From Amphiscolops sp. MND2022 (lineage: Eukaryota): 64,000 nt of DNA. How positions within the stretch are numbered: the stretch's first letter is position 1; each line of letters starts with the position of its first letter. Both the position numbers and the translations under genes were made by a program. Positions 36,001 through 42,208 of this stretch are shown piece by piece. Below the pieces are notes generated by a model. It made no database searches. It was not told the origin of the DNA and worked only from the letters and a program-made list of their open reading frames with translations. Location of the stretch: contig OZ076414.1 in assembly GCA_964187785.1 (NCBI GenBank), positions 55,676,001-55,740,000 on the forward strand. The letters run 5' to 3'.

Positions 36001-36408
36001 ACAAAACCTGAAAAGTTATTGAGAAATAAAAAACGATGGTTGCTGTTCACAGAAAATTGGTTCTCATGGGCAAAAGCTCGACGAGCTGAAAAGCTCTTCT
36101 TTTATCCATTCCTGAAAGATAACTATAACGTTTGGTTTATAGTGTAACTTTTGGAATAAATAAACTATTCTATTCTATTCTAATAAAAACATGAATGGCA
36201 TTGAAAGATGAGCCTCATCTTTCAATGCAATTCATGTTTTTATTAGAATAATAGAACTGAGTTGCAACTAACTTGGGACTAGGTTGTCCGTCTTCTTCTT
36301 TCTCCACTTCTAGCTTGTTCTTCTTCTTACTCACAGCAGCCCCTGCAGCTGTCTTGCCCTGCTGGCTCTTACCCCCTACAGGAGTTTTCGCGTTATCCTG
36401 TGAGTTGG
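2961..36408 (-). CDS. HYDIN: HYDIN axonemal central-pair protein, partial gene (14 exons; continues beyond both ends)
   Basis: Exons 36273-36408, 33060-33242, 31295-31753, 30468-30666, 29892-30091, 10493-10661, 9693-9949, 7517-7810, 7031-7175, 6743-6853, 5960-6431, 5281-5586, 3537-3811, 2961-3067. All have GT-AG ends with matching phases. The joined peptide follows human HYDIN as I recall it (EFGPL.CGKSR, AEAYDVALD..FPKG.EGG.DFG, EDENKF.FCNV.VG, G.GNLPRVTVV.P, DWDDR). Confidence 0.93.
3537..3811 (-). CDS. HYDIN: HYDIN exon
   Basis: LDYNSLNFGQ...FTLVNHS...FSPQEGHIH; phase 1 to 0. Confidence 0.85.
5281..5586 (-). CDS. HYDIN: HYDIN exon
   Basis: FDVTF...LLGEGYMEDITIENIH; phase 1 to 1. Confidence 0.88.
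5960..6431 (-). CDS. HYDIN: HYDIN exon
   Basis: GDGNLPRVTVVKP...YRRLLVG; phase 0 to 1. Confidence 0.9.
6743..6853 (-). CDS. HYDIN: HYDIN exon
   Basis: EDENKFAFCNVVVGKSAKARFKITN; 111 bp, phase 0 to 0. Confidence 0.9.
7031..7175 (-). CDS. HYDIN: HYDIN exon
   Basis: PDGIPYHVLADAVVP...IFEEH; phase 2 to 0. Confidence 0.88.
7517..7810 (-). CDS. HYDIN: HYDIN exon
   Basis: PAFGVV...QQVIQVEC...FAIEISDR; phase 2 to 2. Confidence 0.85.
9693..9949 (-). CDS. HYDIN: HYDIN exon
   Basis: GGETIACIPIK...YSKY...IDFG...F.IEN; phase 0 to 2. Confidence 0.88.
10493..10661 (-). CDS. HYDIN: HYDIN exon immediately downstream of the Polinton-containing intron
   Basis: FSVYPNRGSLLPNDRPTTVQI; phase 2 to 0, matching the phase-2 donor at 29891. 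Confidence 0.88.
10878..11470 (+). repeat. Left terminal inverted repeat with ~59-bp tandem subrepeats
   Basis: First 157 bp identical to the reverse complement of the right end; then ~6 copies of AAAGTAATTATTTACTCAAATAAAAGAACCTGTCAAT(T/A)TTATCAGACTAGCCGTTGGCG and 2 copies of a GC-richer variant. Confidence 0.9.
11634..11843 (+). CDS. Polinton small protein (~69 aa) with C-terminal PCNA-interacting (PIP) box
   Basis: ATG at 11634; ends LPKQSKITDFYK*, matching Q-x-x-I-x-x-F-Y; followed by a stem-loop shared with the next gene. Confidence 0.55.
   Translation: MLESRREILLRRARENGLPHLTVRQAEEVNGENGDRAIWLIVPAEHSVVTLKNFPGKLPKQSKITDFYK
11866..11885 (+). terminator. Histone-mRNA-like 3' stem-loop (copy 1)
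   Basis: AGCCCT-TTTA-AGGGCT-ACCA, 22 nt after the stop codon. Confidence 0.55.
12265..12531 (+). CDS. Polinton Cys-rich RING-like zinc-finger protein (88 aa)
   Basis: Basic N-terminus MPKRK; CxxC...CxC...CxxC.x4.CxxxC.x6.CPHC; acidic tail; CCAAT/ATTGG boxes at ~12145-12210. Confidence 0.6.
   Translation: MPKRKLTSREKVGAEFGIHEHRGTKERCAICLTLRRKCWCSWVSCGVCDFVFCRAVCSQYIDKCPHCRSTSLNIQQESEDDVIMSSSD
12555..12574 (+). terminator. Histone-mRNA-like 3' stem-loop (copy 2)
   Basis: AGCCCT-TTTA-AGGGCT-ACCC, 23 nt after the stop codon; same TTTTCAA(A)CCC leader as copy 1. Confidence 0.55.
12710..15065. repeat. Tandem satellite inside the Polinton, ~17 units of ~135-150 bp
   Basis: Anchor AAAGT(C/T)(T/C)AT(A/T)AAACCATACATTT(T/C)CAGAATCCTCAT recurs about every 147 bp; long A-tracts. 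Confidence 0.92.
15174..15578 (-). CDS. Adenain-like cysteine protease (virion maturation)
   Basis: GTHWV (His), GDSLG (Asp), CGLYC (Cys); first ATG at 15578 overlaps the MCP stop. Confidence 0.9.
   Translation of the reverse strand: MDNEQLLSIVSKIKNLKYKYLGSFPADMVPFNIDKNSFCLINSDSSTEPGTHWVMIADRDGILYFGDSLGRPLDYYRKIRFNSNRSVKLLCNFRLQRQDLCGLYCIYFAHVLYKYGNLSYVCDSLILRFFAEFL
15571..16815 (-). CDS. Major capsid protein (double jelly-roll, Polinton PY/hexon-like), 414 aa
   Basis: Motifs typical of Polinton MCPs (DLQETYL.LKV, NALHSLFS..EVY.N, D.FT.DK.LLPN..VRI.L.RS, P.RI.I, NPF.Y..FD, FDLT); position between core protein and protease. Confidence 0.88.
   Translation of the reverse strand: MSVPTPVNHSSIDVFDGVPILEPILWSNTQQTFPTNSLNEASIDFHLETDRNVMLDLQETYLLLKVEVKKDGVALENADEVMFSNNALHSLFSNCEVYFNNEQIYTSNGLYPHKAQISNEFSGTRGLKDSIGICQGYQYENIPNDFTSAPFTGKVMTVNTGEKMFYGKLAIDVFTCDKFLLPNIKVRIRLIRSRPNFYLISTQTKNFHATIKEASLFTRVVAVDEPCIRTIQATIKERPARYNFTEVLSKTFIIPNNQNQFIHENIFNNAPIRRIAIAMNTNTAFTGTLGTNPFHYRKFDLREVRIVRGNQVIVRMDTRNIVQTYVTTMKALKFEDDGPNIPLSEYENHFVQVFDLTSTQEANVQMYYPDVVAASLRLELFFQTALTETIEVIVLGERLSTIYLDKSGTVVKNG
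16815..17183 (-). CDS. Basic core protein (adenovirus pVII/pX-like), 122 aa
   Basis: QRGRG|LG and QIGG|G adenain-type cleavage motifs, amphipathic middle, K/R-rich C-terminus. Confidence 0.75.
   Translation of the reverse strand: MRNVHLPHFSGVPRQRGRGLGALAGTIARTAFPILKRFVVPAAKKIGRDAIDIAIPQVEDVLSGKSSVKKAIRKTASSTLKKQIGGGHRKKIRRSKGKAKRFISKRKKRKRSREDFFKKIKE
17186..18028 (-). CDS. Minor capsid / penton protein, 280 aa
   Basis: F.V.L.SNAS...YPDNT.A.FT..LP..L.L.G.WEVAL.EI N-terminus; VY.DIV....IGD.KAP.LR; recalled as typical of Polinton pentons. Confidence 0.85.
   Translation of the reverse strand: MDNFIVELVSNASSSIYPDNTLASFTNFLPEQLYLDGDWEVALLEITYPALYNNITEGKFWYVPQRSTSKKSNNEETREALNESYESVTILPGMYLSLDEIFQSMNDALRLRNRQSVELKWKVDSITRHCEIELASDKSQLVFASQDLCSILGFSQSVWFSSKGPHRSEFPIDILRFHSVMVYTDIVEFSIIGDTKAPILRCFPFNNKIQRDSISVTKYSNYVSFDNLQFRRLLKNSIHSIKVELRSPTGELIPFVAVGITRLTLLFRKTKASPKDSIPI
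18032..19000 (-). CDS. Retroviral-like (rve) DDE integrase
   Basis: WCLDL..MD, Y.LVAVDIFSR, WIDRGKEF, KAAYAERVIRSLK, F.VGDRVRI, F..GY...FT.E.F.I, G.FY..EL; first ATG at 19000. Confidence 0.95.
   Translation of the reverse strand: MTTMPDGSITLSERLQLNKLYRKGPSAYGSIKSLCKSSGLTRKKVETFLESKSAYTKFKQRRGKFVRLSARARFINDIWCLDLAQMDKLASDNSGVKYLLVAVDIFSRFVRVEPLKSKSAKSTENAFVKMCGRSSSGLDFPKKLWIDRGKEFLGDFKNFCEDVGIVVYHTNSETKAAYAERVIRSLKNVIYRYLEEKNTFNYLKELPAFVETLNSRVSSATNLAPKHVMNEHFLQVLYGARNSYNPLKIGQSKAKFSVGDRVRIAKVDKAFRRGYKSQFTDELFTITKIATRYPIVTYIIKDQTGETILGKFYQSELSRQIT
18963..19481 (-). CDS. Polinton hypothetical protein (~172 aa)
   Basis: Long ORF in the co-oriented block; KFVLIP at the N-terminus; ATG overlaps the upstream stop (TGATG). 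Confidence 0.7.
   Translation of the reverse strand: MDKSKFVLIPLSLWENRFNSYFEPTTTKEKSPGQVYLKLGGSLTPKTDRKSMVFEPKYKTSKVAPHSPLKSSLPNFEETLENKYKNNSSAKKILKKLTTNDSIKFSINKTIIVDDIDTEIDVEDFISNLTRKKGEFDPRFTIILNVLDLDPTTVQNSKAFNDDNAGWVYYAF
19481..19798 (-). CDS. Polinton small basic protein (105 aa)
   Basis: LRFLCECVKNLLEGNL...RR.LL motif, recalled as a conserved Polinton ORF next to the ATPase. Confidence 0.7.
   Translation of the reverse strand: MIKPLNYFTLKLFLTFNKTLQKIFLKKCSKDFLRFLCECVKNLLEGNLCDIRRKQIKRFESLIIRIISPKTSVRTRRALLASEKGLSLIRLIGGCVLKKFAHNFD
19686..20450 (-). CDS. A32/FtsK-like genome-packaging ATPase
   Basis: Walker A GPSGCGKS, Walker B LLVFDD, AGRH arginine motif, HNLF, N.HIVLFKSPRD, PFGHL.IDL; first ATG at 20450. 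Confidence 0.95.
   Translation of the reverse strand: MNKIISTKDRIFMSIVGPSGCGKSHLIFDMLKSRTFFPEFDKVLYFFKHSQPLFEQMTREFPKLEFIGSLDFDLIDNLPDNGTNYLLVFDDSCQEIYKSQKFIDLATAGRHKKLSCIYIKHNLFHKSSNGRDIDLQNTHIVLFKSPRDVQQVKVLSRQLGIGRQLVDWYIDATTKPFGHLMIDLSPKTHDLIRYCTNCTSFPSQFYLPSSRARQCELDDQTTELLYSEALSDFQQNPPKNFPQKMFQRLSSFLM
20452..20721 (-). CDS. Small two-TM membrane protein (89 aa)
   Basis: Two hydrophobic stretches, C-terminal W..IL...VGYILPSP. Confidence 0.7.
   Translation of the reverse strand: MSDGVDGLETITPQQIVFDSNNQERSPWFFLGRECSRSASLFFFQCLLIFILVSTSITCIALSNSCEESTVWVAILTWAVGYILPSPRP
20803..21213 (-). CDS. Phospholipase-A2-like protein (PLA2X-type)
   Basis: HAVLHDASG His-Asp motif followed by G.GYCY; first ATG at 21213. 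Confidence 0.6.
   Translation of the reverse strand: MNLNSILSLEKEISTNTHFQKNSKRKNFFLACCLSISSEVDLIEIDRQAPFGGLIGIGDSTLEAVFSGLKCFRMHAVLHDASGFMKTTYSRGAGYCYVFKSNTILPNSCLLGHITGLFYCLYLKFYNSKLFSDFDV
21228..21632 (-). CDS. Hypothetical protein, possible PC4-like ssDNA-binding fold (134 aa)
   Basis: Beta-beta-beta-helix pattern ending SLALSSQEYLRL, resembling PC4 GISL...W..L. Confidence 0.45.
   Translation of the reverse strand: MIDIGENRKLITRKKVKRTIEFIECKTFGSKCQPEFHLQLSLLEASLLPKEIEIVSIKDSKSFKYSNGRRRLELTFWGTDNKIANCKIEVKQFKKTKFVTINSLALSSQEYLRLKQFCTSTISVPEIDILEQSQ
21763..22503 (-). CDS. Hypothetical protein with two PC4-like modules (246 aa)
   Basis: Two internal repeats: VHFKLLKK...VILSLYETRQL and YIQLKLYTR...ALSLRVGELEEL. 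Confidence 0.55.
   Translation of the reverse strand: MKRSLSSISSSEPNTEPKMGVGTLGLRTLNNYRERDSVGVLEQENCWDFSLVPFRTLRVYIPKYSNERETVSDWVHFKLLKKDRGEYKVHQLVILSLYETRQLLSSMERINKDSHTQFECIKGDTNYGTDIQDFPQSHSPSNFPTLEEDREKGIKFWDICESPRRFVGASLKVYDNTDYSKTYIQLKLYTRNDTHDQFIRKGALSLRVGELEELIRHDSQLMEAVVRESLRKYKMWKKNSTFTFRV
22688..23314 (-). CDS. Polinton hypothetical protein (~208 aa)
   Basis: Long ORF, first ATG at 23314; basic patches RKRR and KRHR near the C-terminus. Confidence 0.65.
   Translation of the reverse strand: MKVFSFETIPDKEKITFHWDEANGEIVFVTESRIFQDDWSVSNKICIPDVLFSMSHLWMHCVKQESDVALSSLVLHRKNIPSHQFLDPTPTLLLQPVTNCESISPSVREIFYEHDLSRCPLSANQLGLLDDMERLEGAWELNDQSSFTQSTANDNVATRKRRIPRMGTSAIEGKRHRLDTRDENDDSNLLIGPLEDKQTSISVSESDF
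23390..23752. promoter_or_regulatory. Divergent promoter region between the capsid arm and the replicase arm
   Basis: Head-to-head intergenic gap with several CCAAT/ATTGG boxes (GATTGG, CATTGG, AACCAATCAG). Confidence 0.45.
23753..24358 (+). CDS. Polinton hypothetical protein upstream of pPolB (201 aa)
   Basis: ATG-initiated ORF ending 8 nt before the polB start. Confidence 0.65.
   Translation: MACGTPDLFPPFFQSFTDCCLLVIFESQPSQIDLNNFEQYVVGSHTKICKQVNCSTHIIFFDSLIHSKVTKIFTSTSFRSQQVDCLFTAFKFYFTEIVDLKGSIFQKLLAAVHFHQSLPYPSLKQPSLARKRLFRKRFKFHFAKAISSRSIPGPRFNADLISKVEQIVYSPVGLEFVKLVDSLSSGQKVTLDHLQTILSLN
24367..28707 (+). CDS. polB: Protein-primed family B DNA polymerase (1446 aa) with N-terminal C2H2 zinc fingers and an inserted Vsr-like nuclease domain
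   Basis: Exonuclease motifs FDFE, GFNSSKYD, YNVKDV; polymerase motifs DASQLYP, KLIANSSYG, EMDTDS; three CxxC..H..H fingers; insert SVDGY...VFEAMGCFYHFCHC. Confidence 0.96.
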   Translation: MPHDRKQCDVCNKLIAKNNFARHIKSHQHRCPNCPKTFGKLVRLQYHIATKHGANRAKSFVCRVCHQPFQTFHQLSFHNRSQHQNYPSASNVNKEIDLSEFNSDPNLLSEMRTVQHFLTDSKIQTSRKIVYNFRLNSLDEKFIDEKLDFIHSELPCAAKLNFSFGFVLQNIQNLGEFRYFYAENNNPVFHFPVIFSTLEDLEFIKDRYEDENVFESIIQQRPDTKWRFYCVTNVTFFVYLMPRVALGCTDVDLPNALIRNKSVKCFLSDSNSNPYHDNLCLFRAIAFDLHGSENLSNNTLLYFTSFLSESGQDAIDFPGVSPEEIPLVEKITSVNLNMFSLYYNEEGLLHGELSRRSAGLFKKGLSLVQYNNHVCWVSNINTLLKNFRCHNCDKYFTKSSLLDRHLLSCDDNVKHTYPNGPYELRETIFEKLEDINIHVETERRLFQNLAVFDFEALAVPLGSNTSNQENTTWIARHVPISVAISSNLCDQPIFICSSDPRELVSRFVDELKKISEKSATQYRDLFKNELDEIAKRVNHLIEKLPRRKRRQPTNDNLLDEAHEDNNEEIDDEDIQNDPNLMGLFQEKETLTRVLLELEKYCDYLPVFGFNSSKYDLNLIKQYLLEYLLLEHECSPSVIKVSNKYISCSFMGIQFLDILNFLGGATSLDKFLKAYGASEEKGFFPYEWFDDVVKLEQPCLPPAEAFFSKLKNCNVLDSDYQHYIQLLNQGVAVPDALRKLGLKEIPKTREENYEALERIWIEEGMLTFRDFLEWYNVKDVKPTLEAMLTMMKFYHDRGIDMLKLGCTLPNLANRILHSSTNFKFFPFIESDRQYDDYIRKWLTGGPSIIFTRYAKVGDTKIKNSSNVCKAIVGIDASQLYPFAMTKELPTGPYTKWELKDDNRFHPNRLRRSHFEELVLEFQQFKRPECCIQTQFNRKQKKFGRFSVDGYCSHCSTVFEAMGCFYHFCHCQEKRRLPLEDIEKGVKRRQSDAFRRRFLRSKGLNIVEIWECQWWRMVKSNEEGAKDFMKKSHPFIPPLSEASLLQRIRQEQLFGVLDCTIEVPMELRDQFADFPPIFKNCDVSREDIGTHMQSFAQTNNLLKKPTRMLISSFKLERGPIITPLLNFYLEKGLIVRKIHWFLQYKPKKTFEGFVASVVQARRRGDENKDSSVVAETMKLIANSSYGYQIMDRSKHTNTKFVVGSEVDKLVNNRMFKRFHHLPREIFEVELGKRKIEHKEPIIVGFFILQYAKLVMLQLYYNFFKIFCDDTKFELIEMDTDSLYMAISETNIEEIIKPEMKTLWQNCRWADCSEREFKADGRFNFFPRNCCSHHNKYDQRTPGLFKEEFRCTEMVALCSKTYCCFDAQSETVKISCKGVNKSALKNDNPMMKMRSVLQKQEEITSINRGFRVVEQKEICTYELKKRGLSYFYPKRKVQEDGIHTEPLDI
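28982..29554 (-). repeat. Right terminal inverted repeat
   Basis: Reverse complement of the left TIR; same 59-bp subunits in a different order and number. Confidence 0.9.
29892..30091 (-). CDS. HYDIN: HYDIN exon immediately upstream of the Polinton-containing intron
   Basis: AEAYDVALDMSFPKGTEGGIDFG...LKNKGRYD; phase 0 to 2. Confidence 0.92.
30468..30666 (-). CDS. HYDIN: HYDIN exon
   Basis: KNTSLLPVAWRL...LGEDF...IRKVIRLE; phase 2 to 0. Confidence 0.92.
31295..31753 (-). CDS. HYDIN: HYDIN exon
   Basis: KKYIM...EFGPLICGKSR...IWAYP...CCVKENPEP...FDKVLLHR; phase 2 to 2. Confidence 0.93.
32524..32925. mobile_element. MITE, TA-flanked, ~40-bp imperfect TIRs
   Basis: TA|CCCAGGCTTTTGATCTTTGCGAAACTGGGCAGATCTG ... 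CAGATCTGCACAGATTCACAAAGGTCGAAAACCTGGG|TA; internal AGATCTG repeats. Confidence 0.7.
33060..33242 (-). CDS. HYDIN: HYDIN exon
   Basis: FRWVIEAGGE...GQFDQTLNFEI..TKRRYQLFCRGVCAFP; phase 2 to 2. Confidence 0.92.
33510..33950. repeat. Interspersed A-tract-rich repeat (copy 2, inverted relative to 1290-1888)
   Basis: 31-nt terminal identity with copy 1; repeated GAAAGGGGGGACCCTTTG units. Confidence 0.65.
36273..36408 (-). CDS. HYDIN: HYDIN exon (low-complexity linker)
   Basis: K/E-rich; GTTAGT donor in phase 2 matches the next exon; 5' boundary uncertain. Confidence 0.55.
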
Positions 36409-36955
36409 CTGTCAACATGAAAAACAACTAGTTTATACAATTCAATTGACGTTTTCAAAAAAATCGGTGTTTTGTTATATAAATCTGTCCTCCACTTGTT
36501 TAGGTTTTCAGTATTTATATATACGGGGACCATTACTGACACTGCAAGGAGGCTCTGAAGCTTGCAGCGAATCAACACTATCGCATCATTCAGTCATAAA
36601 ATTGCCCCTTGAACACTGGGCCATCATTTCCGTTGCAGATCAACATAGTTTCGCTTCGCACGGTCCCCTTTTGTATAAATTATGTCAATTTCCCCAATTT
36701 AACGTTTTTATTCAATTGATTTAACGTTTTGATGAAACAATGCTCAGCTGTTTTATGCTGAACGAATCTTTTGTTTTAAAAATAGTTTCTTTAAATGAAT
36801 GTCCTTGAAACTGAAAAAAATGTGTTTGAAAAAAATGATTTCAGGGTGGATGGTGTCACAGCCCCACTTGAGCTGTGAGTACTGCAGCAAATGCAACCCA
36901 GTCTTGGGAGAATAAATTAGGAAATGGACGAAGGAGAAAACGAAAACAAATAACC

Positions 36956-37155
36956 NNNNNNNNNNNNNNNNNNNNNNNNNNNNNNNNNNNNNNNNNNNNN
37001 NNNNNNNNNNNNNNNNNNNNNNNNNNNNNNNNNNNNNNNNNNNNNNNNNNNNNNNNNNNNNNNNNNNNNNNNNNNNNNNNNNNNNNNNNNNNNNNNNNNN
37101 NNNNNNNNNNNNNNNNNNNNNNNNNNNNNNNNNNNNNNNNNNNNNNNNNNNNNNN
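36956..37155. other. Assembly gap (200 N)
   Basis: Run of n characters. Confidence 0.99.
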
Positions 37156-40100
37156 CCCCTGTCATTTTTCTAGATTTTTTTTATGTATCTTGAATGCTAT
37201 TGTATCTAATTTATTTTCAATACCTCAATACCATACAGTATACTGTAAACTTTTTATCCGATATATAACCGTTCACAACTCTTCACCATCAAGTTGGCAT
37301 GCTTTTTAAAGACCTAATATCTGCAGCTCTCGATAATAATCTGAAGTAATCTGAAAACCGGTAACAACTTCTAAATTAAAAACAAATAATTTAACTGGTG
37401 CGACCAGTCCATCTCCCTTCTTTCCTTCCTTTTGCTACAACTTCCTGTACTAAGCATCCTTTAGTTCCATTATCGGTACACAAATTCGACTGACTAGACC
37501 AAAAGTGATTCGAATAAGTGTCGGCAAAAAATACGATTTCTTCTGTATTAACCATTCTTTAAAAGTGGTTCGACCTCGTAGTCGGTACATTCACTTCTGT
37601 ACTAATCACCACGAGTGATTCAGCTTCGTGCTGGTACACCTAAACTTTCTGTACTAATCAAGTTGGTTCGACTCTCGTCGGTACAATTGAAGTACTAACC
37701 ATTTTTGTTTCGACATTTTGTCTGTACACCTTTTCTGTACTTACAAAATTTTCTTTTTGGGTCAACATTTCTGTTGATACAACTCATTTCATAATTTTTT
37801 TTTGTAAAAATTTAATGCCTCCTCTAAATGAATCAGTTTGTACTTTGATAATTTTATTGTATCTTTTTGGCCTTCTTACGATCGTCCTTCTCGTCGTCGA
37901 CCATTTTTTGATTGATATCTTTCCCCAAGAAATCTATTTCACTCCCTTACCAAAAACCACTGTTTCTCACCAAAAATCTTGCAACTATAATCCTTTTTGT
38001 TTCATACATTCTTGCCATGCAAGTTTTTTGAGGTTCCTTGTTGAAAAAATCATCACCTGATTTTTCTGCTAATTTCCAAATCACATCCGCTTTCCCCACT
38101 CCCATCATTCCATGAACTCTACATTTTTCCTAAATCAATTTTAGTATAAATAACTCCTCCTTTATTTAATCACAGCAACATCAAGTTTTCAACTTCTCTC
38201 CTTTCAAAGATTTATGTCCCTCTTTCTCCTAAACGCAAACCTTTACATAGCCCTTTCGCAACTCCTCATAATCACATATTTAATCGTTGTCTCAATAACA
38301 TATTTTTATCGTCTCCTCCTTTACCTCACTCATAATATATTTCCAATACTGCAACGATCGTTTCATCAACTCCAACTCCCCACTGAACCTTCTGTTAACC
38401 CTGATATCATTTTCGCATTTGATATACTACCCTCATCGTCATTCATAATGGACGACCCACCACCTCTTTTGATTCCACTCCCCTTTTCCATTAATGATTC
38501 CAATTCTCGCCTTTCAAGCGAAACCACTCAAACATTAACCAATTTCCCTGAAAACCCTATCTATAACTCTACAGTTCCTCTGTGTTTTGGAACATGAATA
38601 CCCTGAAGATAATAAACAATACCTCTCATGCATCTGATACTTCTCAATATTGAAAACATGTCTCTAAAATTTAATACACCCCATATATCGCATGTTGATA
38701 CTCTTCCTTTTACCGCACATAAGGCAGAAGACTATCCATATTTCTCTTATATTTATACCATCGAAGGTAAAAATAAAAGTTAATTTAAACCCAACGCTTT
38801 TCAAGATATTCTTTTTTCAATTCACCATACACTTCCTTTAACTTTTAAAAGCTCTGAAAATGAAATCATTTTTCTTTCAACACCTCATCCATATTTTAAT
38901 AGTCGCTCCAACTTCACTTTTAGCTTCCTCCAAGTTTATCAAAACCCTAAACCTGAATCCAAAAGGTGCTCTGTTAGTATTCAAACGATTACCCATCACT
39001 CAGCTATCCTCCTATTCTCAGGATATATTGGCTACATTGAAGTTCCCGCCACTAATCACCACTCAATGAAGTTATTGATGTTAATTCTTTAATACACATT
39101 ACTACTACCCAGGTCTCTCAGAATCAAAACATCTTGTTCCTCGTTCCTCCCTCCTAAAAACTAGTTTTTAAATCAATAATCTACACCCATCTCAACTTTT
39201 GAACCGTTCTCTTCCTTCTTAGCCACACTCCCCATATATTCAACAGTTTTTAGGAAGTTTAGATTTCGGTACTCTGATGTTACTGATGATGAATATTCAA
39301 AACTCTGCTCCATTTTAGTAAAATATCAACATTGCTATGCCACTCTTCGCAATGATGTTGGAAAAATAGCCAACACTTTTAAAATCCGCCTCAAACCAAT
39401 TGCTAAACTCCACACTCAAAGACCTACCAAAATCTCTATTCTTTATAGAGACAACTCAAAAAGCTAATCGAAGAATTGAGAACCCGAAAATTTTTGCTGT
39501 AATCTTGGAAATCACCTCCATCTATTTTTACAAAATCCTCCTACTAATTGGTCATTTCAAACTCAGATGTATGCTTACGTTCACAATACTACTCCTCTTT
39601 CTGGACTTAAACTCTCCACATATCAAACTGTTTTTCATACACACCCTCGTATTTTATTAACTTTTTCTCTCAATTTACCCAGTGACTCTATTAAAACTTG
39701 TATGGCAACATACTGTAATTCACTTTGACTTCATACACAATACACAATAAAATGACCAAGATCTCAATCCCTTTTTCCACTCACTCCTATTCCCACAACC
39801 TATTCAATTATGGCTTTTAACAGCTGAACATGCTATGCTAGAGATATATTCTACTGTTCATCGTCATATCACCCATAAATAAAGTTCACAAAACTCCACA
39901 TTTGTAACCACACATTTAAAACAACTCCTTTTACAACTCTGTTTTAAGCACCAATTTTACACTTTTTAAAGTTTCTAACAACTTAAACCCCTCCGAATTG
40001 GCTCATACAAAATGATCATCCTCTATCCGATGTTACTTATGAACTTTTGACCTAAGATGGCTCTACATTTCACACTCATGGTATTATCGACATTTTCCTG

Positions 40101-40199
40101 AAAAAGCTCAAATTTTCCCATATCTCTGTCAATATCATTCAACTCCCTCTCTTCCTAACAACCCTGATACAGACTCCTATCAAGATTTTTCTACCAACT

Positions 40200-41700
40200 C
40201 ACATTAATATGAATCTGAAACCCCGTTCGAATCGTTTAACCCACTCACCTCTTTTAAAACCAATGCACAGACCAAACGAAACTTACATTCTCCTCCCACT
40301 TCCCAAAATTTTCTTTCTTCCGCTCCTCTAACTGCTATTGGCTTCAAACTGAACACTTTTTTAAATAACAAAATTAAAATTCCTCCTGAAATTCCATATC
40401 CTGGAACTCTCTTGTTTTGAAATTTTCCCCGGAAGTAAAATGTTTTGCAATAACACCACACCCTTATAAACCACACATAATTTTGACCACATCATTACAT
40501 ACAAAAAAAGGATTTGTTATGCACACTGGTAAACTTAACCTTTTTCAAAGACCTGAAGATGAACAACATGATAAACTCTCCAGTTAACTCTTTTCTGGTA
40601 AACTAATTCATGCTCAAAACTGACTTCTTTTTCTTGCTCTCAACTCCTCCCCTAAATTTGCTACTATAGAATAAGAAGCCCATATAAACACTAAATAAGT
40701 CTACTCCATCAATCATGTTTTTGAAACAAAGTCCGTCGCTGAATTTAACACTCTTCATACTACTTGTGAAGTTGAAAGAACTCATTTTCTAACCAATTTC
40801 GCAATGTCTGTTGAAAATCCAAAACTCGCTGCTTTCCTCCTAACTCAAAATCCTAGTATCTTTCTATATGTCCTATGCTCAACCGCATCTATGATTGTCC
40901 TCACAACCTCTCTCCTTTTTATACAGCTGAATAATGTTATGACAAAATCCCTGTTAAATATCTTTACAATGTTATGTATATTGACTCTATATCTCGTCAA
41001 ACGTATGAATATGCTAATCAAATACCATGTGAAAACCACCCCCAAAAGGTAAACAACCCCTGACTACGATCAATCTTTGTCTTAACTCCACAAATAATGA
41101 AAAAAGATCCTCCTCAACTCTTTGAACCTACTCAAATTCAATGAGCTACTAGCTCTAATACCTTTACAGCTCAAGATGCAGGTGTTTTTTCTCATAAAGA
41201 ATTTAAATATTTTTGGAATCGTGTTCTCCTCATTAAACACTCTGATAATACATTACAACTCCTTGGTAAGGCTATCAGCTATGAATTCATGACAACAATT
41301 TTCTGAACTCCTCCCAAAACATCAGTATAAATATCTTGGGAGTGATATCCATGACTATATGTTAAACCTAACTCCTTTTTTACACCTGAATGGTTCACCT
41401 ATGCTTTCATTAAACTTTTTGGTTACCCAGGTTCAATTTTAACCCATAGTGGAATTTGTTTTTCCACTGCTCTTTCTCTTCAATTTGCTTTGAACACACT
41501 ACTTAGTTCCTTAAAACCAATCTCTCTTAATTTTGCTTTTGGCTATGGATTTTTCAAAACTGTAACCAAAACAAGGATGACTGCTATGATTTATCCTCCT
41601 CATTCTAACTCTGACTCTGATGATTCTGATACACCTTCTCACTCTGAATCTAATACTAATTCAACTTTAAAACATTCTAAGGGTACTAAATAAAAACCTA
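40200..41700 (+). pseudogene. env: Pseudogenised chuvirus-like env glycoprotein
   Basis: CEVERT...MSVENPKLAAFLL, CYDKIPV...ID..SRQTY and QDAG align by eye with the intact 57626-59734 protein; in-frame TAA stops. Confidence 0.8.
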
Positions 41701-42208
41701 ATATTGAATCCAAAACTATAAGTCTCAAAACTAAAGACATCATGCAAAGAAACTTACCAAAACAATTTGTTTCTATTAGGAATGATTCACCTCACCTCCT
41801 AATTATAATTTAGATAATACTCCTCCTAATAACCTATCACCTCGTCACACACAATTACCTTCATGGTCTTCTCCCCTTTATATTCATAATTATATTTCTC
41901 CTGAAGTTACTAAATTTGACAACTCCTCCAATATATCCCCTATACATAAAAATTGGCAATCAATCAAAAAGTATTCCCCTACTCTACCACCTAATAAACT
42001 TAATGACCTTCCATTAACATCTGTCAAAAGTATATTCAGTCAACCTGACAGCTCCGTTAAAATTTACTCATCCTGTCGCTTCCCACCAGAAAACATTTAC
42101 GCCTCTTTCTTTCTTTAAAAACTTCATCATTTTCTCCCACTTTGCTAATCCTTCAGTTGCTGTTTCACAACTGCTAAACTCGCTTTCATTTCTCCAAATA
42201 TTTGCAAA

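Noticed and set aside
36846-36875. Possible plus-strand micro-exon (TTTCAG|...|GTGAGT)
   Set aside because: Single 30-nt candidate next to the gap with no partner exons; could be chance.
36875-37309. ORFs spanning the N run
   Set aside because: Artefacts of the assembly gap.
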